Origin: a virus
Strand: one strand, 5' to 3'
DNA length: 43,135 nucleotides
Virus record (IMG/VR): IMGVR_UViG_3300045988_012292
Coordinates: 1 to 43,135 of that record
Shown: positions 1-6,354 of the stretch, one piece after another
Numbering within the stretch: the first letter of the stretch is position 1
Layout: each line of letters begins with the position of its first letter
Program-made: the position numbers and the translations under genes
The notes under the pieces: model-generated
Told to the model about the DNA's origin: nothing
The model's database searches: none
Seen by the model: only the letters and a program-made list of their open reading frames with translations

Positions 1-40
1 CTCCGCTGAAATTTACCCGCCAGTATCCGTCTTTGAAATA
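1..40. repeat. Terminal overlap copy 1 (identical to 43096..43135)
   Basis: ctccgctgaaatttacccgccagtatccgtctttgaaata occurs at both window ends (40/40 identical). This is most simply a circular-assembly overlap. Confidence 0.95.
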
Positions 41-55
41 AGTCAGTCGTTCCAT
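1..55 (-). CDS. 5' end (first 18 codons, MERLTYFKDGYWRVNFSG) of the wrap-around gene whose body is 42704..43135
   Basis: ATG at 53-55 is preceded by GGAGGTGGAGCG. The reading frame is continuous with 43135 downward once the 40-nt overlap is collapsed. Confidence 0.65.
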   Translation of the reverse strand, partial: MERLTYFKDGYWRVNFSG

Positions 56-186
56 CGCTCCACCTCCTCCTTCAACTCGTCATACAGTTTGCTGAACCGC
101 TTGTTCCACTTCCTTAGCCCGAAGAAACAGTACACGCCCAATACGATCCACAGCCCGCTGGCGAAGTTTTGCAACAGATTTTCCAT
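43..186 (-). CDS. Small membrane protein (47 aa), hypothetical
   Basis: Hand-read (below the ORF-track cutoff): MENLLQNFASGLWIVLGVYCFFGLRKWNKRFSKLYDELKEEVERWND. Its ATG overlaps the TGA of the upstream ORF. One hydrophobic helix. Confidence 0.45.
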   Translation of the reverse strand: MENLLQNFASGLWIVLGVYCFFGLRKWNKRFSKLYDELKEEVERWND

Positions 187-407
187 CACTCCACCTCCTT
201 CGGCGGTTCCGGCAGCGGCATCCAGTGGGTGATGTCCACGGCATCATCCACCAAATCAGGATCATCTTTCCCGTATTCCGACAACAGGTCGAGGACTATG
301 GGTGAATCCCAATACCAGCGTCCCCCGAAGAAACACGCAGTCCCTGAAAACGGAACTCCTTTTATTTTTTCGTAATACGGTTCCGGCACTCTGTTCACCC
401 ACACCAC
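186..407 (-). CDS. DUF551-like protein, C-terminal part (in frame behind a TAA; possibly one interrupted gene with 423..629)
   Basis: Ends ...ITHWMPLPEPPKEVE, the typical DUF551 tail. The GTG start has no SD. It is in the same frame as 423..629, separated by one TAA plus 5 codons. Confidence 0.5.
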   Translation of the reverse strand: MVWVNRVPEPYYEKIKGVPFSGTACFFGGRWYWDSPIVLDLLSEYGKDDPDLVDDAVDITHWMPLPEPPKEVE

Positions 408-422
408 GTTTACAAGTTCTCG

Positions 423-629
423 TTACTCCGGCAGCCGCTCTGTTACAGGAATCCACCGCTGCTTCTCCCGAAGCTCGTCAATCTCCTTCTGGTCGCGCTC
501 GATCTGGTCGGCGGCCGCATACACCATTCGTATGCACTCGCCAATGTCACACGGGCACGTTACACATTCGTGCTTTCCGCAAAACCGCAGCGCCTTGACC
601 AGTTCTTCCGGCTTCAAATTCATATTCAT
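423..629 (-). CDS. Cys-rich small protein ending at the opening of a DUF551-like domain
   Basis: MNMNLKPEEL..CGKHECVTCPCDIGEC.. and ends RWIPVTERLPE-TAA. The start is ATGA-coupled to the PAPS-reductase stop. Confidence 0.7.
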   Translation of the reverse strand: MNMNLKPEELVKALRFCGKHECVTCPCDIGECIRMVYAAADQIERDQKEIDELREKQRWIPVTERLPE

Positions 630-1516
630 AACAGATCCTCCCGAAATTCTTCTAATACTTCCTGCCCTGGAAGCACATCATTTTCCATCCACCAGTTAAA
701 TATATCCAATCCATTATCGCCCCATCGCATCCCGCCGTCCATCTTGCCCCGGCGTCGGCGTTCCTCCAGCATCCGATCAAATGCCCGGATATACGCCAGC
801 TTGATCTTTGGGTATCTCTCAAATTCCATCTTCCGGTGCTTCCCGGCCATCGGGCAGCCGATACAGCCAACCCGTTTCCAACCGCAGGCGTAGAGTGGGT
901 TCATCGTGATCTTTTGTTCGGCGCAGTAGCCGAGTACGTCTTCGTCTTTCCAGTCAACAATCGGATTGACTGTCCGCGTGCCTTTCATCTGGCAGTTTTC
1001 CAGGAGCATTCTTCGCTCGTCGTTATCATCCATGAGGATGATCCGCTTGTCTTTGTCTTTGTTGATAGTCTCCATAATTCCACGCGACGCTTTCCGCCTT
1101 GCGGATTCTGCCCAGCGGACGCCGGTTGCGATAAACCGCCCTCTCCCTCCGGTTTCCTTGAGTTCAGCGCAGCAGTAGCGCACAAGCCGTGTCGGCGGCA
1201 TGAGCTTACGCGGGATAAGATTCCACATGGTTGTGTTCGTTCCATCCGGCTTTTTGTGGGTATCGATGGTGCATTTCACCCCCCCAAGTTCCAACTTCCA
1301 GAACATATCTTTCACGTGCCGTACCGTTTCCGGCGCGTCCGCTGTTGTCAGCGAGTGCAGCGCCTCAAACGGAATGCCGCTGTTCTGCACCAGCCTGAGC
1401 AGGCAGTCGGAATCTTTACCTCCAGAATAGGTAATCACAAGCGGCTTCTTGTAGAGCCTCTGGCTCATGTCGGATGCAAGCCGCAGCCGCTCCATCGCAG
1501 TCTGCTCTAAATCCAC
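626..1516 (-). CDS. Phosphoadenosine-phosphosulfate (PAPS) reductase family / DndC-like PP-loop enzyme
   Basis: PP-loop YSGGKDS, RYCCAELK, GVRWAESARR, NPIVDWKDEDV and a C-terminal GCIGCP cysteine pair. 296 aa. Start is GTG 1516 or ATG 1495. Confidence 0.85.
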   Translation of the reverse strand: MDLEQTAMERLRLASDMSQRLYKKPLVITYSGGKDSDCLLRLVQNSGIPFEALHSLTTADAPETVRHVKDMFWKLELGGVKCTIDTHKKPDGTNTTMWNLIPRKLMPPTRLVRYCCAELKETGGRGRFIATGVRWAESARRKASRGIMETINKDKDKRIILMDDNDERRMLLENCQMKGTRTVNPIVDWKDEDVLGYCAEQKITMNPLYACGWKRVGCIGCPMAGKHRKMEFERYPKIKLAYIRAFDRMLEERRRRGKMDGGMRWGDNGLDIFNWWMENDVLPGQEVLEEFREDLL

Positions 1517-1683
1517 ATCAACCCCGCCTTTCTCAGCCGCTCCACGCTCTTACACCGCTTCTTCGCGTCCGCAGTGTAAGCGTCGCGTCTCCGTTCGCTT
1601 CTCTCGCTGCTTTTCCGCAGTTCCTTGATCCCTTCTTCAGGATTTGCCCTCATGGCCTCCCTGATCAGTTCTTTCGGTTTCAA
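1507..1683 (-). CDS. Small basic protein, junction-repeat family copy A
   Basis: Probable TTG start at 1681-1683 (LKPKELIREAMRANPEEG...). The C-terminus RRRDAYTADAKKRCKSVERLRKAGL is shared with 3389..3592. It ends overlapping the PAPS-reductase start. Confidence 0.55.
   Translation of the reverse strand: MKPKELIREAMRANPEEGIKELRKSSERSERRRDAYTADAKKRCKSVERLRKAGLMWI
1519..1607 (-). repeat. Junction repeat copy A (precedes the PAPS-reductase start)
   Basis: ctccacgctcttacaccgcttcttcgcgtccgcagtgta is shared identically (39 nt) with copy B. About 90% identity over ~70-90 nt by eye. Confidence 0.85.
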
Positions 1684-1685
1684 AT

Positions 1686-2546
1686 TTATAGCAAATCCTC
1701 CTGCCAAAATTCGTTGAATTTCTTCCCTGTGATAATCGGCCTGCACCATTCACGTTGAAACCTTCGCCACGCGGCGTCCGTTTTCCCTTCTTCATCCCGG
1801 AAAAGCATTGCGTATGGTACAAACCCGGCCTGCATGGTCTGTGTCAGCCGCAGCTCCGCGTCCTCAAAACTGTCCCCAGCATATTCAACAAGGACATAGC
1901 AGCACATGGCGTGACTCTTTGGCCGGAACCCCGCAAGGCGTAGCTTTCGCCCCATCGCAACCAGAGGTTCCAGATCATCCTTTGTGTCGTATGCTGTGTA
2001 AAGCCGCTTTGGTTTTACCTCCCGCAGCAAATCCGCCTGCCATTGTTGAAGCAAGGACGGTTCCAGTCCTCCGGTGAAGATTGCAAAATGCTCCTGCCGC
2101 TTGAGCATTTCGCATACCGCCCGAAAGTGCTGCTCTGACGTTCCGAGAATGTTGTCGTCGAGGATATTCCAGCCATCCACGATCGGCAGCTCCCGAATCA
2201 CGCCATGTGCGCAGCGCGGAACCGAGCAGAACCAACATTCCTTCGTACAGCCGCGCGACGTGAAGATATAGCCGTCTCGGAGATACATTCCCGGCGTGAA
2301 ATCACCCATGCGGTCATCAAATGCCGGGCCTCCAACTTCAACCGGAACACCGAGGATTTGCCACGCATAGTAGAGATCTTCTGCACGCGGAATGTCCCAT
2401 GTGAAGGTTGTAGAGATGTGCACCGCTTCAACTTCAGCCTTGATACAATCTGCGATATTCTCGATTGTCGGTGCACCGAAGAACGCTAGCGTATCCGTAG
2501 GCGATGCAGCCGTCTTTCTTGGGAATACCCGCGCAATCCGATTCAT
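1686..2546 (-). CDS. Radical SAM domain protein
   Basis: TSRGCTKECWFCSVP contains the CxxxCxxC 4Fe-4S/SAM motif. 286 aa. Its ATG overlaps the TGA that closes junction-repeat copy B. Confidence 0.75.
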   Translation of the reverse strand: MNRIARVFPRKTAASPTDTLAFFGAPTIENIADCIKAEVEAVHISTTFTWDIPRAEDLYYAWQILGVPVEVGGPAFDDRMGDFTPGMYLRDGYIFTSRGCTKECWFCSVPRCAHGVIRELPIVDGWNILDDNILGTSEQHFRAVCEMLKRQEHFAIFTGGLEPSLLQQWQADLLREVKPKRLYTAYDTKDDLEPLVAMGRKLRLAGFRPKSHAMCCYVLVEYAGDSFEDAELRLTQTMQAGFVPYAMLFRDEEGKTDAAWRRFQREWCRPIITGKKFNEFWQEDLL

Positions 2547-2550
2547 TTCA

Positions 2551-2640
2551 GCAACCCCGCTTTCCGTAGTCTCTCCACGCTCTTACACCGCTTCTTCGCG
2601 TCCGCAGTGTAGGCGTCGCGGCTCCGTTCAACTTCTCTCA
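2551..2640 (-). repeat. Junction repeat copy B (precedes the radical-SAM start; has no start codon of its own)
   Basis: Encodes ..REVERSRDAYTADAKKRCKSVERLRKAGLLK-TGA in the +1 frame relative to the methyltransferase, whose own stop (2628-2630) lies inside the repeat. Confidence 0.85.
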
Positions 2641-3392
2641 CGTCTTTTCTCCCTCTGCAATTCTTCCGCCAATGCCTTGAAAATCGGATATGCCTGCTGC
2701 GGCACTACCGCGTTTCCGAGGCATTTAAGTCTGTCCACCTGATTGGGAATCCCATGAGCCACTCCATAAGGGCGGGGTTCGACTTCCCACCGCTTCCACA
2801 GGTCAGGTTTTTCCGCTCCTCCTCCGTGACGACCCCCGCGTCTCTCAGTGCCACCATCTGCCGGAAGTTGTGTGTTCCGCCGCACAGCGGCGCGCCCGTC
2901 GTTGGCCGCGGCCACGATAAAGATTCTCTCTCCCTTGTGCAGTCCGCCGACATCCCAAGCCGCAGAACTGTAAGCCCTTGCTTCGTAGCCGACGCCTTGC
3001 AGTTCGGAAAGGATTCCCGCAAGCGCAATTCGAACAAGTCCAGAAACGTTTTCACCGACAACGCAACGCGGGCGCAGCTCGGTGATAACTCGGAGCATCT
3101 CCGGCCAGAGGTATCGATCATCCCCTTTGCCCTTTTGCTTTCCAGCCACGGAGAAGGGCTGGCATGGGAATCCGCCGGAAATAACGTCAACTGTTCGTAG
3201 GCCTGTCCTCTCATAAAAACTCTCCTTCGTCAAAGTCCGGATGTCACGCCAGCGCGGCACATCCGGCCAGTGCTTTTCCAGCACTTTTGTTGGGTAATCT
3301 GCAAATTCGCATTGCCCAACGGTTGTAAATCCTGCCCATTTCGCAGCAAGATCAAGTCCGCCGATACCCGAAAACAAACTCAGATGCGTCAT
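2628..3392 (-). CDS. DNA (cytosine-5) methyltransferase
   Basis: Motif I LFSGIGG, motif IV GGFPCQPFS, motif VI GENV, motif VIII GERIFIVA, and EPRPYGVAHGIPNQVDRLKCLGNAVVPQ (motifs IX/X). 254 aa. Confidence 0.9.
   Translation of the reverse strand: MTHLSLFSGIGGLDLAAKWAGFTTVGQCEFADYPTKVLEKHWPDVPRWRDIRTLTKESFYERTGLRTVDVISGGFPCQPFSVAGKQKGKGDDRYLWPEMLRVITELRPRCVVGENVSGLVRIALAGILSELQGVGYEARAYSSAAWDVGGLHKGERIFIVAAANDGRAAVRRNTQLPADGGTERRGGRHGGGAEKPDLWKRWEVEPRPYGVAHGIPNQVDRLKCLGNAVVPQQAYPIFKALAEELQREKRRERS
2705..3214 (-). CDS. Nested alternative-frame ORF (169 codons) inside the methyltransferase gene; WPxP / EWLMGFPxxWT-like sequence
   Basis: ATG 3212-3214 has AAGGAG (3222-3227) exactly 7 nt upstream. 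It reads MRGQAYEQLTLFPADSHASPSPW..TSGRRCSEL..WPRPTTGAPLCGG..NPALMEWLMGFPIRWTDL. Expression is unproven. Confidence 0.4.
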   Translation of the reverse strand: MRGQAYEQLTLFPADSHASPSPWLESKRAKGMIDTSGRRCSELSPSCARVALSVKTFLDLFELRLRESFPNCKASATKQGLTVLRLGMSADCTRERESLSWPRPTTGAPLCGGTHNFRQMVALRDAGVVTEEERKNLTCGSGGKSNPALMEWLMGFPIRWTDLNASETR

Positions 3393-3592
3393 TTCAGCAG
3401 CCCCATTCTTTTCAATCTCGCTACACTCCGTGACCGCTTTTCCGCGTCCGCAGTGTAGGCGTCGCGGCTCCGCTCAACTTCTCTCGCCCGATATTCCGCC
3501 TGTTTTGCTTCCTCGTATTCCAGATACGGCGCGCACCTGGCGTGACATTCCGCTGACCGCCCCGGACAGTCCCTCTCACACGGCGGCTTCAC
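3389..3592 (-). CDS. Cys-rich small protein, junction-repeat family copy C
   Basis: MKPPCERDCPGRSAECHARCAPY.. then AREVERSRDAYTADAEKRSRSVARLKRMGLLK. Its TGA overlaps the methyltransferase ATG. Confidence 0.75.
   Translation of the reverse strand: MKPPCERDCPGRSAECHARCAPYLEYEEAKQAEYRAREVERSRDAYTADAEKRSRSVARLKRMGLLK
3393..3487 (-). repeat. Junction repeat copy C (3' end of gene 3389..3592; precedes the methyltransferase start)
   Basis: cgcgtccgcagtgtaggcgtcgcggctccg(c/t)tcaacttctctc is near-identical to copy B. The catttcagca(g/a)cccc start-codon context is also shared with B. Confidence 0.8.
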
Positions 3593-3870
3593 CCCGCCAC
3601 CTCCACAACCTCATCCGCTCGCAGCAGCACCTTTTTCCCGGCCCGCTCGAAGATGTAGCCCGTGCTGTTATAGCTCTTCCGCTTCACCGCGTGGATCATC
3701 TCGCCCAGCCTTGGCCGCAGTTCCTTGTAGATCCTCGGAACCTTCACGCAGATCACCGTGACGGCAATGTTGTCATCCTTGTACCATTCCTCCGAACACT
3801 GTTCGCTGCAAAAGGAATTGAAGATCGCGCCCTTGCGCAGAATTTCTTTCCCGCACTGCCTGCACTTCAT
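3589..3870 (-). CDS. Zinc-ribbon protein, hypothetical
   Basis: MKCRQCGKEI...FCSEQC. 93 aa, with 4-nt overlaps on both neighbours. Confidence 0.7.
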   Translation of the reverse strand: MKCRQCGKEILRKGAIFNSFCSEQCSEEWYKDDNIAVTVICVKVPRIYKELRPRLGEMIHAVKRKSYNSTGYIFERAGKKVLLRADEVVEVAG

Positions 3871-4214
3871 GCTTCCCGTCCTCCTTCTCTGGCCGCTTCA
3901 TACTCCATGTGATCCTGCACATAGGCGTGCAGATAGATGTTCAATACGTTCACGGCCTTTCGGATGATAGCATCCATCTCCTTTTTCCGCAGTGAAAAAA
4001 TTCCCTTTACCGTAATTTCCGGTTCCAGTCCGCCCGTAATCACGATCTTTGTTTCTTCCGCTTTGTCTGCTTCATCAAACAAATTCTCCGGCCTTGTGAC
4101 GACCATCCGTGGCGGATATTGATTGCACTTTGCCTCTGCCGCCAGATCCAAGTCTCCGCACAGCTCACTGAAATCTAAAAATTCTGCGTCGAATACATCC
4201 ATGATTCTTCCCAT
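3867..4214 (-). CDS. Hypothetical early protein
   Basis: 115-aa ORF with SD AAAGGGGACGAGGCT before the ATG. It is the first gene after the 375-bp non-coding block. Confidence 0.7.
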   Translation of the reverse strand: MGRIMDVFDAEFLDFSELCGDLDLAAEAKCNQYPPRMVVTRPENLFDEADKAEETKIVITGGLEPEITVKGIFSLRKKEMDAIIRKAVNVLNIYLHAYVQDHMEYEAAREGGREA

Positions 4215-4591
4215 AGCCTCGTCCCCTTTATTTTTTCGCCCTCCCGGGCGTTTGGTATATGGTCATGCCACGGCGCGGTTCCCTTCGCGCCGTGGCAGCA
4301 GAGACGGCCCTCCCCCGTCTGCGCCCAGTGTTCCCAAAAATCCTGGGCGAGCCGCGCCTATCTGCGTCGCGCAGCTTCTCCTAGGAGGCCAGATGCCGTG
4401 CGCCGTGGATCTTCGGCGCATTGGATGACGTTCCTTTCCCGCACGTCTCACACGGGTTCATACGCTGCCCGGAGCATTGGGCCGTCTGACTTGTCCATGC
4501 TCCGGACGCGCAGCAAAAAGCCGGTTGATCCTTCGCAGACCGCGAATGGCGGCGCGGCCTGCGCATACGCCCACAAAAATGTAGATCCGGC
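4215..4591 (-). other. Hairpin-dense GC-rich non-coding block inside the early operon (candidate structured RNA or replication origin)
   Basis: No credible ORF. Perfect stems include 4267-4277/4286-4296 (11 bp), 4469-4477/4497-4505 (9 bp), 4399-4405/4414-4420 (7 bp) and 4322-4328/4343-4349 (7 bp), plus several 5-6 bp stems. Confidence 0.5.
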
Positions 4592-4792
4592 TCAGTTGCC
4601 CAGTTCATCAGTGCGCTGTCTCGGCGGCAAAATCTTCCGCCGCAGTCCGTCCTCGCACCTCGTCAGCGGCAGAGCTTTCCGCCGCGCATACTCCTCTTGA
4701 TTCCAGCCGCAATTTTCGCATTGCAGACCGCATCCAGCTCCACCATCTTTCAGCATACATCTTTGCACTTGCTCCGCCAGATTCATCTTCAA
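4592..4792 (-). CDS. Small Cys-containing protein, hypothetical
   Basis: 66 aa with GCGLQCENCGW. The start overlaps the DUF1064 gene stop by 4 nt. Confidence 0.65.
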   Translation of the reverse strand: MKMNLAEQVQRCMLKDGGAGCGLQCENCGWNQEEYARRKALPLTRCEDGLRRKILPPRQRTDELGN

Positions 4793-5241
4793 ACCTCCCG
4801 CACGTCGATCCCATACATCGACCGCATAAACTTCCTGTTTCGCAGATATTCCTTCGTCCGTGTCGGCCCGCTCTTCACGTCCTCCACGATCTTCTCGCCG
4901 GACACTTCCCGGATGTACGAAAAGTCCGCCGTGTACCGGATCGCGCGTACCCGCTCCCCGGTCTCCGTCACATAAGATTCCTGAATTGTGAATTGCGGCT
5001 GCAGCCGTAGATCGCGAATCTCCCCGGCGCGCAGCATCAGCAGCAGCTCGTCATATCGCCGCGCTTCCTTCTGGCTGTCAAAGTGAATCCCCCCGCGCTC
5101 CGCCTTCTGGTTCTGATACTTGGCCCTTTTCTGTTCTGGTTCCGGCCTTGCCTGCGGCATCTGCCCCAGCACCTTCTTCGCGTACAGATCCCGCATTCCG
5201 GCCGGCATGTCCGCCATGCTGTCAAATCGCAATCCGCTCAT
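4789..5241 (-). CDS. DUF1064-like protein (PD-(D/E)xK-type nuclease fold family)
   Basis: From MSGLRFDSMADM...: IHFDSQKEARRYDELLLMLRAGEIRDL..YTADFSY..VEDVKSGPTRTKEY matches the DUF1064 pattern. SD GGAAAGGACGGGAG. Confidence 0.7.
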   Translation of the reverse strand: MSGLRFDSMADMPAGMRDLYAKKVLGQMPQARPEPEQKRAKYQNQKAERGGIHFDSQKEARRYDELLLMLRAGEIRDLRLQPQFTIQESYVTETGERVRAIRYTADFSYIREVSGEKIVEDVKSGPTRTKEYLRNRKFMRSMYGIDVREV

Positions 5242-5258
5242 GGTCTCCCGTCCTTTCC

Positions 5259-5516
5259 TTATCCGATCACCAGCTCCGGATTCATCCGCAGTATCGTCAC
5301 CTTCGCCGTCTGGTGGTATTCCGGCCGCGTCCACTTGAATCCCCAGTGCTTCGCCGCGAGAAACAGCGCCGCCGTCTCATCCGCGCACCGCACATCCACG
5401 GTCTGCCCGGCGTATTGCACACGGAAATACTTCCCTCCGGTATATTCCGGCTGCCGGACAATCTCCGGCTTCTTCGGTCTGCACGCCGCCGGCGCCTCGT
5501 TATATCGCGTCGCCAT
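5259..5516 (-). CDS. Hypothetical early protein
   Basis: Start taken at MATRYNEAPAA (ATG 5514-5516), overlapping the end of the upstream membrane protein. 85 aa. Confidence 0.6.
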   Translation of the reverse strand: MATRYNEAPAACRPKKPEIVRQPEYTGGKYFRVQYAGQTVDVRCADETAALFLAAKHWGFKWTRPEYHQTAKVTILRMNPELVIG

Positions 5517-5703
5517 CCTCGTCGCTTCCTCCCATCGCATAGCCGAGGCACGCCACCGTCGCGAACGCAAGCAGCACGCCGCCCCAGTAAATCCCGAACC
5601 CAACGTAAAAGCCCATCGCCATAAAGCAGCCGCCGCTCGCGATCAGTGCCAGCCTCCGCAAGACCCGTACCCTCGCGTTGTCATGTTCTTTTTTCGAGAT
5701 CAT
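5500..5703 (-). CDS. Small membrane protein
   Basis: 67 aa with two hydrophobic segments (LALIASGGCFMAMGFYVGFGIYWGGVLLAFATVACLGYA). Confidence 0.65.
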   Translation of the reverse strand: MISKKEHDNARVRVLRRLALIASGGCFMAMGFYVGFGIYWGGVLLAFATVACLGYAMGGSDEDGDAI

Positions 5704-5900
5704 ACCTCATCCCGCTCCTTCTCTTTTTGTAAGTAATACCGCAGCTTGCCCAGCCGCGTCATGCTCTCCGCCGCCCGTTCCCGCAGCTCTTTCTTGTCGT
5801 GGAACAGCTCAATGGCCTCGGCCTCCGCAGCCTCCGCACAGATGATCGCGGCAATCAGGTCGCCAAATTGTTGCTCATTCACCCGCAGCGTGTAGTGCAT
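5700..5900 (-). CDS. Hypothetical early protein
   Basis: 66-aa ORF in the operon series with a helical, charged composition. Confidence 0.6.
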   Translation of the reverse strand: MHYTLRVNEQQFGDLIAAIICAEAAEAEAIELFHDKKELRERAAESMTRLGKLRYYLQKEKERDEV

Positions 5901-6078
5901 CAGCGTCCCTCTCTTTCTTCACATAGAACTCCACGCCCGGGAACATCGCCCGCAGATACCTCAGCTTCAGCTCCGTCGCCGCGATCCGCTTTTCCTCGAG
6001 CGTCAAATCGTCAAAGCGAACCAACTGCCCGTTTTTCGTCACATAGCTCTCCGTCCGGATCACCTGTTTTTTTCGCAT
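5875..6078 (-). CDS. Hypothetical early protein
   Basis: 67-aa ORF with SD GGGAGGGAGCAGA before the ATG. Confidence 0.65.
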   Translation of the reverse strand: MRKKQVIRTESYVTKNGQLVRFDDLTLEEKRIAATELKLRYLRAMFPGVEFYVKKERDADALHAAGE

Positions 6079-6120
6079 TCTGCTCCCTCCCTTTCCGTGT
6101 ATTCTATTCCGCCGGAGCGA

Positions 6121-6351
6121 TTACTGCTCCTTCTTCTGTCCAGCCGCCACAGCCACCATGCCCTGCATGAAGATCAGCGCCTTCTCTTTTTGTTCCGGCG
6201 TCAATTTTCTAACAGTCTTGCTCCATTCGCCATTTTCCTTCTCGTTGATTTCCACGAGCCGGTCTGCCAGTTTCGCGATCAGCGCCTGATCGTAACCCCG
6301 TAGCTTCGGGAATATCTCACTCATCCACGCCGAATAATCCAACTGTCCCAA
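6121..6351 (-). CDS. Small protein, 'EQK...FMQG' paralogue 1
   Basis: TTG start with GAAGGAGG 8 nt upstream. The C-terminal TPEQKEKALIFMQGMVAVAAGQ resembles 6355..6498 and 9521..9637. Confidence 0.6.
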   Translation of the reverse strand: MGQLDYSAWMSEIFPKLRGYDQALIAKLADRLVEINEKENGEWSKTVRKLTPEQKEKALIFMQGMVAVAAGQKKEQ

Positions 6352-6354
6352 GCC

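Noticed and set aside
4263-4608. ORFs of 62 and 75 aa on the minus strand within the hairpin-dense block.
   Set aside because: They are Arg/Ala/Gly/Pro-rich translations with no SD. They are built from the GC-rich stems themselves. The region is better described as non-coding.
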